Origin: Octopus bimaculoides
Taxonomy: Eukaryota
Length of the DNA: 46,876 nucleotides
Reading direction: 5' to 3'
Assembly: GCF_001194135.2 (NCBI RefSeq)
Contig: NC_068983.1
Location: forward strand, 75,414,856-75,461,731
The notes beneath the pieces were generated by a model. It was not told the DNA's origin and made no database searches. It saw only the letters and a list, made by a program, of their open reading frames with translations. The translations under genes were made by a program, and so were the position numbers. Position 1 is the first letter of the stretch; every line of letters begins with the position of its first letter. Shown one piece after another: positions 1 through 11,024 of this stretch.

Positions 1-60
1 TGTATATATATATATTTGTTTTGCAAGATTTTTTTATGTGAAATCATGTGTTGAAACAGG

Positions 61-278
61 TATTGTTGTATTTGGGGATGGTCATGTTGCCAGTTTAGCC
101 AATAAAAACACATGCACTGTATATTTGGTGTTAATTTGCTTCAGCTTTATATTACATTACATTACATTAATCCTATTTCGGCCAGAGTTCTTTCGTCACG
201 TTTCTGTGACCTCATCTATCCCAAGTTTCGTCACGTTTCTGTGACCTCATCAGTGGTCCTTTGCTTTCTTCTTTCTTA
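61..278 (-). mobile_element. Penelope-like/retrozyme-type repeat, family A, copy 1 (hammerhead core internally duplicated)
   Basis: Near-identical to 10141-10322. The minus strand reads CCA-CTGATGA-G-GTCAC-AGAAAC-GTGAC-GAAA-cttgggata-GATGA-G-GTCAC-AGAAAC-GTGAC-GAAA-GAACTC-TGG. Assignment to Penelope-like elements is inferred from the hammerhead motif. Confidence 0.6.
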
Positions 279-529
279 TGTGTTGTCCCACCTTGCTAAC
301 TATCAGCCATTTTGTATTTTGTATTCCTATTGTATGTGTCTACGCATGCGTATCCCTCTATGTGTGTCTATGTTTTGTAAGTGCATGTGTGTGTATGGGG
401 AGTGCCTGTATTATCTGTATCCTCTGTTAATACATGTTCGTTTATTTTGTTTTTATCTATTTATTTTTCATGTGTTTATACCTACTTCTTTTTTTTTGTT
501 TTGTTTTTGTTTTTTGTATTTAATTTAAT

Positions 530-1105
530 TTTGTTGGCACCATCACCAAGGCTTTTTTTTATGTGGCACTAGCACCAATATTTTTTATGTGCCACCATCA
601 CTAGTTCTTTATTGTGTGAAACCAACACAAGTGCTTTTTATGTGGTACCATCACCAGTGCAGTGGAGGCGCAATGGCCCAGTGGTTAGGGCAGCTGACTC
701 GCGGTCATAGGATCGCGGTTTCGATTCCTAGACCGGGCGTTGTAAGTGTTTATTGAGCGAAAACACCTAAAGCTCCATGAGGCTCCGGCAGGGGATGGTG
801 GTGAACCCTGCTGTACTCTTCCACCACAACTTTCTCTCACTTTTTCTTCCTATTTCTGTTGTGCCTGTAATTCAAAGGGTCAGCCTTGTCACACTGTGTC
901 ATGCTGAATATCCCCGAGAACTACGTTAAGGGTACATGTGTCTGTGGAGTGCTCAGCCACTTGCACGTTAATTTCACGAGCAGGCTGTTCTGTTGATCGG
1001 ATCAACTGGAACCCTTGACGTCGTAAGTGATAGAGTGCCAACCACATCACCAGTGCTTTTTATGTAGCATCAACACCAGTGTTTTCTATGTAGTGCCAGT
1101 GCCAA
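530..1105. repeat. ~26-27 bp degenerate minisatellite (TTTTTATGTGGCACCATCACCAGTGC-like), split by a SINE
   Basis: About 8 degenerate units at 530-660 and 1045-1105, on either side of the SINE at 661-1044. Confidence 0.7.
661..1044 (+). mobile_element. Full-length tRNA-derived SINE, family S1
   Basis: tRNA-like head with box A TGGCCCAGTGG and box B GTTTCGATTCC. 12-bp TSD CATCACCAGTGC at 649-660 and 1045-1056. Highly similar to 5415-5798 and 23347-23733. Confidence 0.9.
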
Positions 1106-1134
1106 CAGGGTCACCAAATACTTTGCATGACAAT

Positions 1135-1355
1135 GTGTATGTGTGTGTCTTTGTGATTGTGTTTCTCACTCCCTACCACTTGACAATGGTGTTAGTTTGT
1201 TTGTCCCTGTAACTTAGTGTTTCAACAAAAAGAACCAGATAAATACCCAAGCTTAAAAATAAGTACTGGAGTTGCTTTGTTCAATAAAACCCTTCAAGGT
1301 GGTGCCCCAGAATGGTTGCACCCTAATGACTGAAACATGTAAAAGAAATAAAAGA
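1135..1355 (+). mobile_element. 3' half of SINE family S2 (degenerate)
   Basis: Matches the 3' half of 17923-18480 (gtgtttgtcccc...taacttag...aagtactgg...ggtggtgccccag...gactgaaac-a-gtaaaag). Confidence 0.65.
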
Positions 1356-1776
1356 ATATATAAGTAGACAGGGTACGATCTGTGTGGTACCTTGCCTTCT
1401 TTTTTCTAGCAAATCAAGCACTGGAAGTGAAGCCTCACCTCCCTCTACCTTGATGGCTTGACATGACTGTAGTTTTTGAGTTGTTGTAAACATTACCTGA
1501 TTCTATAAAGATATGACTGAAATAAACTCTCCAAACAATGTGCAACTAATAATTGTGTGTGTGTGTAGCTCAAATCAAACTTCTCTGGTGGTTGGCTGCT
1601 ATCAAACGTCAAGTAATTTGAGGAAAAAAGAAAAACACCAAGAATCGTAGCCTCCAGGATGGTTAATTTGTATCACTAACACTTCCAGTAGAACTAATCC
1701 TCTTTCATGCATGAGCTGATCTAATTGTCTCAGATTGCAATGGTTGTTGGATATTGAAATCAATAATGAAAAGGTA

Positions 1777-1888
1777 ACAACAACAACAACAACAGCAGCA
1801 GCAGCAATAACAACGATAACAACAACAATAACAAATGACGATGATGATGTTGACAACACATGAAACAACTGCAACTGAAACTGACAGA

Positions 1889-1926
<38 letters not shown>

Positions 1927-2088
1927 TGATGATGATAATGATAATAATACCACCACCACCACCACCACCATCATCACATTCAACAGCGGGAGCAGCAGCA
2001 GCAGCAGCAACAACAACAAAAACAAAAACAACAACAGCAACATCATCATCATCATCAGCATCATCATCATCAGCAGCAGCAGCAGCAA
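1777..2088. repeat. Compound trinucleotide microsatellite (AAC/AGC/GAT/AAT/ACC/ATC)
   Basis: Directly visible. It explains the homopolymeric ORFs at 1602-2170. Confidence 0.95.
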
Positions 2089-2814
2089 AAGGTATTGTTT
2101 CTGTAAGATAAATCCTACATATGCTATTGCACCAATATAATGAAAGCATACCAGTGCTTTCAACTACCATTACAGACCAATGTGGGAGTCTTTATGCAGT
2201 TGTCAGTCAACCTGCTAGAAATAGAAGCCTATCATACCTCAAAGTACATTGTTACTGTCTGACAAAAAGAATGAATATATTAGATAATGTGATCCTACAG
2301 ACTCATAAAAGAAAACAAAATGACCATGGCCGGAATGCTCTTATTAGACCTGACCTGAGGCAAAACAACAACCACATGAGATGGGATGGTCACTACTAGA
2401 ATAGCTTTGATCTTTGTTTTTGCTTAATCAGGGCTGACTTGAGGCTACTAAACAGCCACAATTAAAGATGAGATTATCATAGCCCAAGCTTGAGTGCTTT
2501 GAGCATAGATCTCTTTGATCAGGATATTGACCTGAGGCTAAAAAACAGCAACAACAACCACTACAACCACTGCATGGCACTTTTGGCAAGTGCCTTCTAC
2601 TATAACCCTGGGCTGATCAAATACTTGTAAGCATGTTTAGCAGACAGAAACTGAAAGAAGCTTTTCATCCTTTCGGGGTCGATAAATCAAGTACCAGTTA
2701 CGCACTGGGGTTGATGTAATTGACTTAATCCCTTTGTCTGTCCTTGTTTGTCCCCTCCATGTTTAGCCCCTTGTGGGCAATAAAGAAATAAGAAACTGAA
2801 AGAAGCCTGTTATA

Positions 2815-3260
2815 TCATCATTATTTAATGTCCATTTTCCAAGCTAGCATGGGTTGGATAGTTTGGCAGGAACTGGCAAAGCCCAGAGCCACACCAGGTT
2901 CCACACTAGGTTCTATTGTTTTGGTATGGTTTTATAGGAAAGTTGGTTATACACCATTAGGTGTACACCCGCTTTCCTATATTAAATTCTAAATAAACAA
3001 CGAAACGCTGACTCCGAACTATCAACACAACAATATTTATTTATGGTGAAAATAGGCAGCAGTTATTTGTGAAGCTCTGGTGCTGACATGTTAGAGAGCT
3101 CCGCTGTTGGACGTCTGCCATCGTCGCCGGCCGGCGAGGAAAGAGAAAGAATCAGGGCGCCAAACTTGGATATTGATGACTACGCATGCGCACGAGACAA
3201 GGCGTTACTACAGTTTCTACAGCTGGATACCCTTCCGAACACCAACCACTTTACAGAGTG
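2815..3260 (-). mobile_element. RTE-type LINE 3' tail, interrupted by a solo LTR
   Basis: ttccaagctagcatgggttgga...ttggtatgGTTT, then the insertion, then GTTTctacagctggatacccttcc. Matches the tail family at 4486-4640. Confidence 0.7.
2933..3212 (-). mobile_element. Solo LTR (280 bp, probably Gypsy-type)
   Basis: The minus strand starts TGTAG and ends CTATA (one mismatch from CTACA). 4-bp TSD GTTT at 2929-2932 and 3213-3216. A minus-strand AATAAA lies about 100 nt before the 3' end. It is CpG-rich relative to its flanks and splits an older repeat cleanly. Confidence 0.65.
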
Positions 3261-3504
3261 TAATATGTGCTTTGTATGTGGGACCAGTACCAACAGGATC
3301 ATCAAGTATTACTACCACTACAACCAATCCCACTGCTCCCTAATTTTAGACTTTAAATACTCCGAGTTTTTGTTCAGAAATTGTAGGGATAATATCTGTT
3401 GGTCAATGTTTTTCATCTCACTATATTGGGAAACTCTACCCTACCCTATTTTTATTTGCATGTGGAATTCTTCCATTGTTACTGTATTTCTGTTGATATA
3501 TACT

Positions 3505-3745
3505 GTCTTTATCTTTTATCTTTTCCTTGTTTCAGGTATTAGACTGTGGCCCATGCTAGGGCACCACCTTGAAGAATCTTTAGTCGATTGAATCGAATTA
3601 TTACAGTCTTTCGTTTATACTTATCCTACCAATCTCTTTTACTGAACTGCTATGTTATGGGGATGTAAACAGACCAACACTGGTTGTCAAGTGGTGGAGG
3701 CGGACGCAAACACAGACTCAAAGACACACACAGATATATACATAC

Positions 3746-3812
<67 letters not shown>

Positions 3813-4826
3813 NNNNNNNNNNNNNNNNNNNNNNNNNNNNNNNNNNNNNNNNNNNNNNNNNNNNNNNNNNNNNNNNNNNNNNNNNNNNNNNNNNNNNNNN
3901 NNNNNNNNNNNNNNNNNNNNNNNNNNNNNNNNNNNNNNNNNNNNNNNNNNNNNNNNNNNNNNNNNNNNNNNNNNNNNNNNNNNNNNNNNNNNNNNNNNNN
4001 NNNNNNNNNNNNNNNNNNNNNNNNNNNNNNNNNNNNNNNNNNNNNNNNNNNNNNNNNNNNNNNNNNNNNNNNNNNNNNNNNNNNNNNNNNNNNNNNNNNN
4101 NNNNNNNNNNNNNNNNNNNNNNNNNNNNNNNNNNNNNNNNNNNNNNNNNNNNNNNNNNNNNNNNNNNNNNNNNNNNNNNNNNNNNNNNNNNNNNNNNNNN
4201 NNNNNNNNNNNNNNNNNNNNNNNNNNNNNNNNNNNNNNNNNNNNNNNNNNNNNNNNNNNNNNNNNNNNNNNNNNNNNNNNNNNNNNNNNNNNNNNNNNNN
4301 NNNNNNNNNNNNNNNNNNNNNNNNNNNNNNNNNNNNNNNNNNNNNNNNNNNNNNNNNNNNTATGTGGGTAGGGGTGGGTGGTGGGTGTAAGGAATTGGAT
4401 GGGGTGGAGTGGGAAGGTAGAGTAGGAGTGTGTTGGGGTGTGGTGGGATGAGCTTATGAGGGGGTGTTGACGAGGAGGGAGAAGCATCATCATCATCATC
4501 GTTTAACGTCCGCTTTCCATGCTAGCATGGGTTGGACGATTTGACTGAGGACTGGTGAAACCGGATGGCAACACCAGGCTCCAGTCTGATTTGGCAGAGT
4601 TTCTACAGCTGGATGCCCTTCCTAACGCCAACCACTCAGAGAGTGTAGTATATATATATAAAACAGGTCTCTTTCCGTTTCCGTCTAACAAATCCACTGG
4701 CAAAGCTTTGGTCAGACCGAGGCTAGGCTATAGTAGAAGACACTTGCCCAAGGTGTCATGCAGTGGGACTGAACCCGGAATTGTGTGATTAGGAAGCAAG
4801 CTTCTTGCCACACAGCCACACCTGCA
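3505..4826 (-). mobile_element. SINE family S2 pieces (3' part ~3505-3740, 5' part ~4660-4826) around a gap and a LINE tail
   Basis: Reverse complement of 17923-18480 segments (ccatgctagggcaccacc; aaatccactggcaaagctttggtc...agccacacctgc). Confidence 0.65.
4486..4640 (-). mobile_element. Young RTE-type LINE 3' tail ending in (GAT)n
   Basis: Near-identical (reverse complement) to 25850-25997 and 28697-28810. It ends cggacgttaaacgatgatgatg on the minus strand. Confidence 0.8.
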
Positions 4827-5414
4827 TCTGTTTCACTCAATTTTGAAAATACTGAAGAATTTGGTAAAATATTTTCGTCATTATTAGTCTGGTGCTTGGA
4901 ACATAAATTAACATGAAATTTTGATGGAAGCTTTTAATTAAGATCACTACAAAACAGGGATTTGGTTTCATAGAACCAAATCCCTGCAGGTTCAGGCAGT
5001 TTATTATCAAAAGGGTTAATGAAACTAATTTGGCTGTTAGTTTCAGCAGGTCAGCCAATTACAAAAAAGCACCTATATTGGTTATTTCCAATGCCCTAAT
5101 TTCTCCACATTTTAATCTCAAGTGCAGAAATTTGTTTTTTTAACAAACACTACAGAAATTTTTATTACATAAATATATGAATCAGTAACCTTGTATAATT
5201 AAATCGTCAATGAATCTCATTTCCCAGTATGCTCAATCTTTTTTATGAACGGTTCTATATACTAAGCTGGTTACGGGGTTAGTAGGCAATATTGGAAAAT
5301 ATATTCAGGTATAGCGAAAAAACAAAATCTCAGAAATGTGCAGAGTAGCCTCCCTTGCTTGCTCAGCCAGATAATTTTAGCGCACTGCTAAAATTTTTCT
5401 TTCTAATTAGGCCT

Positions 5415-5798
5415 CGTGGAGGCGCAATGGCCTAGTGGTTAGGGCAGCGGACTCGCGGTCATAGGATCGTGTTTCGATTCCCAGACTGGGCGTTGTGAGT
5501 GTTTATTGAGCGAAAACACCTAAAGCCCCACGAGGCTCTGGCAGGGGATGGTGGCGAACCCTGCTGTACTCTTTCACCACAATTTTCTCTCACTCTTACT
5601 TCCTTTTCTGTTGTGCCTGTAATTCAAAGGGTCAGCCTTGCCACACTGTGTCACGCTGAATATCCCCGAGAACTACGTTAAGGGTACACGTGTCTGTGGA
5701 TTGCTCAGCCACTTGCACATTAATTTCACGAGCAGGCTGTTCTGTTGATTGGATCAACTGGAACCCTCGATGTCGTAAGCGACGGAGTGCCAACACAC
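5415..5798 (+). mobile_element. Full-length tRNA-derived SINE, family S1
   Basis: Same head and body as 661-1044. 10-bp TSD AATTAGGCCT at 5405-5414 and 5799-5808. Confidence 0.9.
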
Positions 5799-6394
5799 AA
5801 TTAGGCCTAATGTGGTAATTTCTGATGCTAAAAGCCCACCTTTTTATACCACTACAAAAATCAAGGATGAATAAGGGCTCAACATTCTCAGTAATGTATG
5901 GGAAAGTTAACTATTTATCCTAGTTAAAAAGAGAAAACTCTACAACAACAACAACCTGTGCTTACACTAACAATGATGGTTGTCTCACATAGTTCAAGAA
6001 AGGTTCTGCAATTTCTTACTGAACACTCTGCATACATGATTTATTTATGGTGATTAAGCGTATGTGGTGTACATTAGCTCACTTCCTCCATCAAATTGAT
6101 GTTGCCTAAACACGTGCTCAATGTACCACGAGAAAGAAGCTTCTGCAATTCTGCTGAAGAGTCTGCCATTGCTGCCACCACAATCACCGCTGCCACCGCC
6201 ACTGCTGCCGTTGCTGCTGTGCCACTGCCACCACCACCACCAACATCATTTAATGTCCAAGTTCCTTCCATGCTGGCATGGGTTTGATGGTTTGACCCCT
6301 TGGGTCCAAGGACTGCATTAGCATCATTTCTATGGCTGGAAGCCCTTCCTGACACCAACTATTTTACAGTGTGCACTGGGTGCTTTTGTTGATA

Positions 6395-6820
6395 ACCCTG
6401 GTACTATTAAGGTTGCCATGCAATTTGCAAGACAATGAACCCCAAGGAAAGTGGTGGGGGAGGTCAGCTTTATGGTGGGAAAGGGTAAAGACCCCCTTCA
6501 GTCATGAATGATCATGGGATTGCACCTAGAAAGTTCTCCTCCGAGGCACAAGTCTGGGCAAGATTGTTTATGGAAGACCAACAGTCACCCATGCATACCG
6601 GCCTCCGCTCTCCATGCCATCAATGTTATTCAAGGGAAAGGCAAAGGCAGATACATCTTGGCACCAGTGACGTCGCAACTCATTTTAACAGCTGAGTGAA
6701 GTGGAGCAACATGAAATGAAGTAACTTGCTCAAGAACACAACACACAGCCAGGTCTGGGAATCGAACTTAGTACCTCATGATTGTGAGACCGATGCTCTA
6801 ACCACTGAGCCATGTGTCTT
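6395..6820 (-). mobile_element. tRNA-derived SINE (older family)
   Basis: Minus-strand tRNA-like head (tggctcagtggttagagcatcggtctcacaatcatgagg...gttcgattccc) followed by a SINE body. Confidence 0.65.
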
Positions 6821-8160
6821 TGCTGGGAGATGAGGTGTTAAAGTATTAAAGAAGTGGGGAAATGGCAGAGCAGGTTCTTGGAGAAGAGCTGCATGGTTAC
6901 TCATATTTAGTAGGGGAGATAGAGATTAGTAGGAGCTGTGAAGGGATAGATATTAAGGATGAGGTGTCCAAGTGTCTCCTCAAGGCATGTGGTGAGTATA
7001 AGTGGGTGGCTTGGGTGGGGGGATTGCTAGACTATGGGAAGCAGAAGATGAGGGGGGTGGAAAGGCAACTGGCAACTGTAAAGAAAAGTGATGGTGGTGG
7101 TGGTGGTGGTGGTAATGGTAGAAGTAGTACCAGTATGAACTGTAATAATAAGGGTGATTGTAATGGTAATGTTAGTAGAGAAAGTGGTAAGAACAATGAA
7201 GGAAATAACTGATAGTTATTGATGGAAGTGACAATGATGGTGATGATGATGATGATGATGGATGATGATGATGATGACGACGACGACGATGATGATGATT
7301 AAATTGTTGGTGGGAAGAAATATTAAAGATAGGGAAGAGGTGAGAAATTGGAAGATCATTATATAAAAAAAGGATGATTGGGAGAGGAATTTTTCTTTTC
7401 ATTTAATGCTTGAGTAAATCAATGAAGAAAACATTAAATAAATAAATAAATAAAATGGCAAACAACAACAACAACAGCAACTACAAGCGCAACAATAACA
7501 ACTACAAAGAAATAAAAGAGGAAGCTAATAAAATGGCGAACAACCTCTTCATATATTCTATTGATTTCTGTGATTTTAACCAACAGCTGTGATTACGGAA
7601 CAATGAATGTTCCATATATGTTCTGGAAAATGACTGTTGATATATTTTAAAACAAAAGATTAAATACCAGCACTGGTTTGGTGTTTTGCTGCTGAGATTT
7701 TTAATGAACTAATAGTAAATATGCTGAAATTAATGGGAGGGAAGGAAAAAAGAGTGTACAGAAAGAAAGAGAAAAAAACCCCCAGAACATAAAGAACTAA
7801 AACATAAAAGACAACCAGATGGAGAAGCAACTCAAATTAGAATGGATCTTTGAAACCAATCTTACATTATAATTTCTCTTCTCTTATTCATTTAAGCTAT
7901 CTTTATTTTTACTTGCTAAGCTTAAATATCATCACTGTTAAATTTGTTTTCTTTTCTATTTCCTTTATATATGCAGCTTTTAGATTTAGTTACAAATTGA
8001 AAAATAATTACTTTCAGTTATTCACTTATGAGTGATTTTAATTTTTATAATATCCTATACTAAAAGCATGATTAATGTATTTTAAGCAATTTACCATAAA
8101 TTTTTTTTGGAAGTTTGCAAAATCTATTTTTCAATCTGAAATTGAAGCAGTATATTTTAA

Positions 8161-8777
8161 ATCTTTTGTCTTTTATCTTTAACTTGTTTCAGACATTGGA
8201 CTGTGGCCATGCTGGGGCACTGTCTCGAAGGGTTTAGCCAAACGAATTGACACTGGTACTTGTTATAAACAAGTCTGCTTGCTACTTAATTTATTAGTCT
8301 CTTTTGCCAATCTGTTTAAGTTACAGGCATGTAAACAAACCAACACCAGTTGTCAAACTGGAGGGGGCAAATACAACACAATAACGAACACACACACACA
8401 CCCACGCATGCACACACACACACACACACACAAACACACAAAACTACTGGCAGGATATAAATATATATATATTCAGCCAGTAGTTTTATATCATCATCAT
8501 CATTTAACGTCTATTTTCCATGCTGGCATGGGTTGGATGGTTTGGCAGGAGTTGGGCACCTGATAAGCTGTCTGGTCTCCATGTCTGTTTTAGCATGATC
8601 TGTATGGCTGTGGGTGTTCTCACTGTATCCATCTATCAAATCTACTTGCAAGGCATTGGTATTGGTTGACTCAGGGCTATAGTAGAAGACACCAGCCCCA
8701 GTGCTGAGCAGTGAAACTGATCCCCCAAAACTATATGGTTGCAAAGTGAGTTTGTGAATTACACAATCATACCTGCA
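8161..8777 (-). mobile_element. SINE family S2 with a nested RTE tail (~8486-8600)
   Basis: Reverse complement of S2, with a catcatcatcatttaacgtc...ccatgctggcatggg insertion in its microsatellite middle. Confidence 0.65.
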
Positions 8778-9518
8778 TTGGTATAAAAAAGGAAAAACAA
8801 AAAGGCAAAACCTGTTTGCATGTCCCAAGTTTATACAGTTCTATATTTAAGAGATGAGGAATTCTGTACATTATTTACATTATTTACATTTGACGGATAT
8901 TTGTCCTCATCTTGTTTGTTGTTAACAATTTAGAATAGGTTTCGGGTTCAGTCCCACCACGTGGCACCTTGGGCAAGTGTCTTCTGCTATAGCCCCGGGC
9001 TGGCCGAAGCCTTGTGATTGAATTTGGTAGGCGGAAGTTACTGCCGTGTGTGTATATGTCTGTGTATGTGCTTGTGCCTCTCTCCCAGAGAGTGAGAGGG
9101 GGAATACAACATATACTCAGCCAGGTGATCCAGGTGATGGAATTTTTGAAGGATGCAGTGTCCTGATAGCCAATGACTGATGTGAATAGTTTATTCCATG
9201 TTTCAGCAATTTTAAGTGTGAGAAAATATTTCTGAAAGTCATGGATGCTGCTCTGTTTTTTGTTTTTCTGTCATTTTTGTAAGTATGATACATAACTTAG
9301 TTGTTCAACAAACAGAATTGATAAAATTGTTAATCAACTGAAATATGTATTAGGGTCAATATGATCAACTTAAAGCTTGAAGGTGGTACTCTAGCATGGT
9401 TGTAGTCCAATGACTAAAATCAGTAAAAAAACGAATAACGGTGTATGAAAGAAGAGGAAGAGGAGAAACTGTTTTGGTTGTGTATTTCATTGTATTGGAT
9501 ATGTGCATACTTGAGTGT

Positions 9519-9521
<3 letters not shown>

Positions 9522-9550
<29 letters not shown>

Positions 9551-9737
9551 AAGTGTGCATACCTGAGAGAGAGGGGGGGAGAGGGAGAGAGGGAGTGAAA
9601 GAGAGAGAGAGAGAAAGGGAAGAGAGGGAGAGAGAAAAAGAGAGGAGAAAGAGAGGGAGGGGAGACAGGGTGGAGAGAGAGAAAGAGAGAGACAGGGGGA
9701 GACAGGGTGTAGATAGATAGAGATAGAGAGAGAGAGA
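9522..9737. repeat. (GT)n/(GA)n compound microsatellite
   Basis: Directly visible. Confidence 0.9.
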
Positions 9738-10140
9738 GGCTGTAATGATATATGCATTACAACATATGTTGCTGTGGAAAGCAGATAATATGTGTCAGAC
9801 ATATGTCTGTTTAAATACATGCACAGGAGTTGGTCTAAATCCACCCACACAACATATACATATGTACATGTATGCCCACCAAGCATAAACAGGACAAAAA
9901 GTATTAACACACACATATATTATGTCAGCATCTCCTCTACTCCCACCCCATTGCTATTACTCTTGCCCATCCCCTTATTGTATTGTTTATCTTAGCTTTT
10001 ATCATTGCTATTACTCTAACATAACAATTGTAAAGTCATTGTCACAGAGTGATTGTAAGATTCAGAATTGATGTCACTTTCATTGAGAAAACTTTGCACA
10101 AGCAACAAAATGATTTTAATATAGGGCTACGCTATATATA

Positions 10141-10322
10141 TGTTGTTGTACTTGGGGATGGTCATATTGCCAGTTTAGCCAATAAAAACACATGCACTGT
10201 ATATTTGGTGTTAATTTGCTTCAGCTTTATATTACGTTATATTACATTAATCCTATTTCTGCCAGAGTTCTTTCGTCACACTTCTGTGACCTCATCAGTG
10301 GTCCTTTGCTTTCTTCTTTCTT
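10141..10322 (-). mobile_element. Penelope-like/retrozyme-type repeat, family A, copy 2
   Basis: About 180 bp homologous to 61-278, carrying a hammerhead core. Confidence 0.6.
10262..10301 (-). ncRNA. Minimal type I hammerhead ribozyme (candidate)
   Basis: CCA-CUGAUGA-G-GUCACA-GAAG-UGUGAC-GAAA-G-AA-C-UC/UGG. Stem I is 3 bp, stem II is 6 bp with a tetraloop, stem III is minimal, and the cleavage triplet is CUC. Confidence 0.65.
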
Positions 10323-10779
10323 ATAGAGCAAAATGCATATAATCAATAAGTTCCTTAAGGAACTTATTGATTATATGCATTTTGCTCCATTTATTATTAT
10401 TCTTTATATATATATATATATTTAGGCAATTATGTGGATTTAAATTTATTAAATATATTAAATATAATAGTTTAGGTATGAAATACCAAATATGCATATA
10501 TGTATACATATATGCATATATATGTATAAATATGTACATACTTTGTATTTTATATCCAAACTATTATATCTAATATATCTAGTGTATCTAATTTGTTTAT
10601 CCACATAATTGTCTCTATACCCGCTCACCAGGATCCCTCTTATAGCCTTTCTATTTGATCCCCTGTAAAGACACTGGAGTCTAAGCTTGAATCTTTTGAG
10701 CACTATCAAGTGTTGTCTATATGGAAAATCTCTGGATCTCATCTGTGGACTATATATATATATCATAATATAAATAATA

Positions 10780-10955
10780 TATAAATATATGCATATATCC
10801 ATACATATATATACATACCTACATGTATATGTATATATACATGCATATATGGGTACAGGGCATAAAAAAACAGAAAACGAACTTTTTTCGAACAACGAAA
10901 CAAACAAACGAGACATGCAGCATAAAGAGTATACCCCTTCGTCAGTTGTCTCTGT

Positions 10956-10960
<5 letters not shown>
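10780..10960 (-). mobile_element. Repeat family B, truncated copy (CTGACGA strand plus tail)
   Basis: Shares catacctacatgtat...gcatatatgggtacagg and ccttcgtcag with 11025-11190 and 40560-40780. Confidence 0.55.
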
Positions 10961-11011
<51 letters not shown>

Positions 11012-11024
11012 ACAAATAATAAAT

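Noticed and set aside
661-740. tRNA-like sequences here and at other SINE heads
   Set aside because: No complete cloverleaf, and they continue into multi-copy SINE bodies with TSDs.
1602-2170. Poly-amino-acid ORFs
   Set aside because: Translations of trinucleotide microsatellites.
3155-3162. TGGCGCCC (Lys-tRNA PBS-like) on the minus strand
   Set aside because: It lies inside the LTR about 50 nt from its 5' end, not after the 3' end, and extends only 8 nt.
4366-4385. G-quadruplex-type motif GGGTAGGGGTGGGTGGTGGG
   Set aside because: It sits in low-complexity sequence beside a gap, with no functional context.
3652-4499. Long ORFs spanning 3813-4360, and likewise 24892-25819, 26230-26735, 27837-28796 and 29914-30527
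   Set aside because: They are open only because they run through N gaps and (TA)n/(TG)n repeats.
4546-4570. CTGAGGA-CTGGT-GAAA-CCGGAT resembling a hammerhead in the LINE-tail family
   Set aside because: Only 5 nt for stem II, no NUH triplet or stem I, and it is antisense to the element.
7850-8150. Very AT-rich stretch suggestive of a mitochondrial insertion
   Set aside because: No mitochondrial gene or tRNA could be recognised.
10580-10750. Minus-strand peptide QMRSRDFPYRQHLIVLKRFKLRLQ as a possible Penelope endonuclease remnant
   Set aside because: No GIY-YIG or RT motif is recognisable, so similarity cannot be supported by eye.
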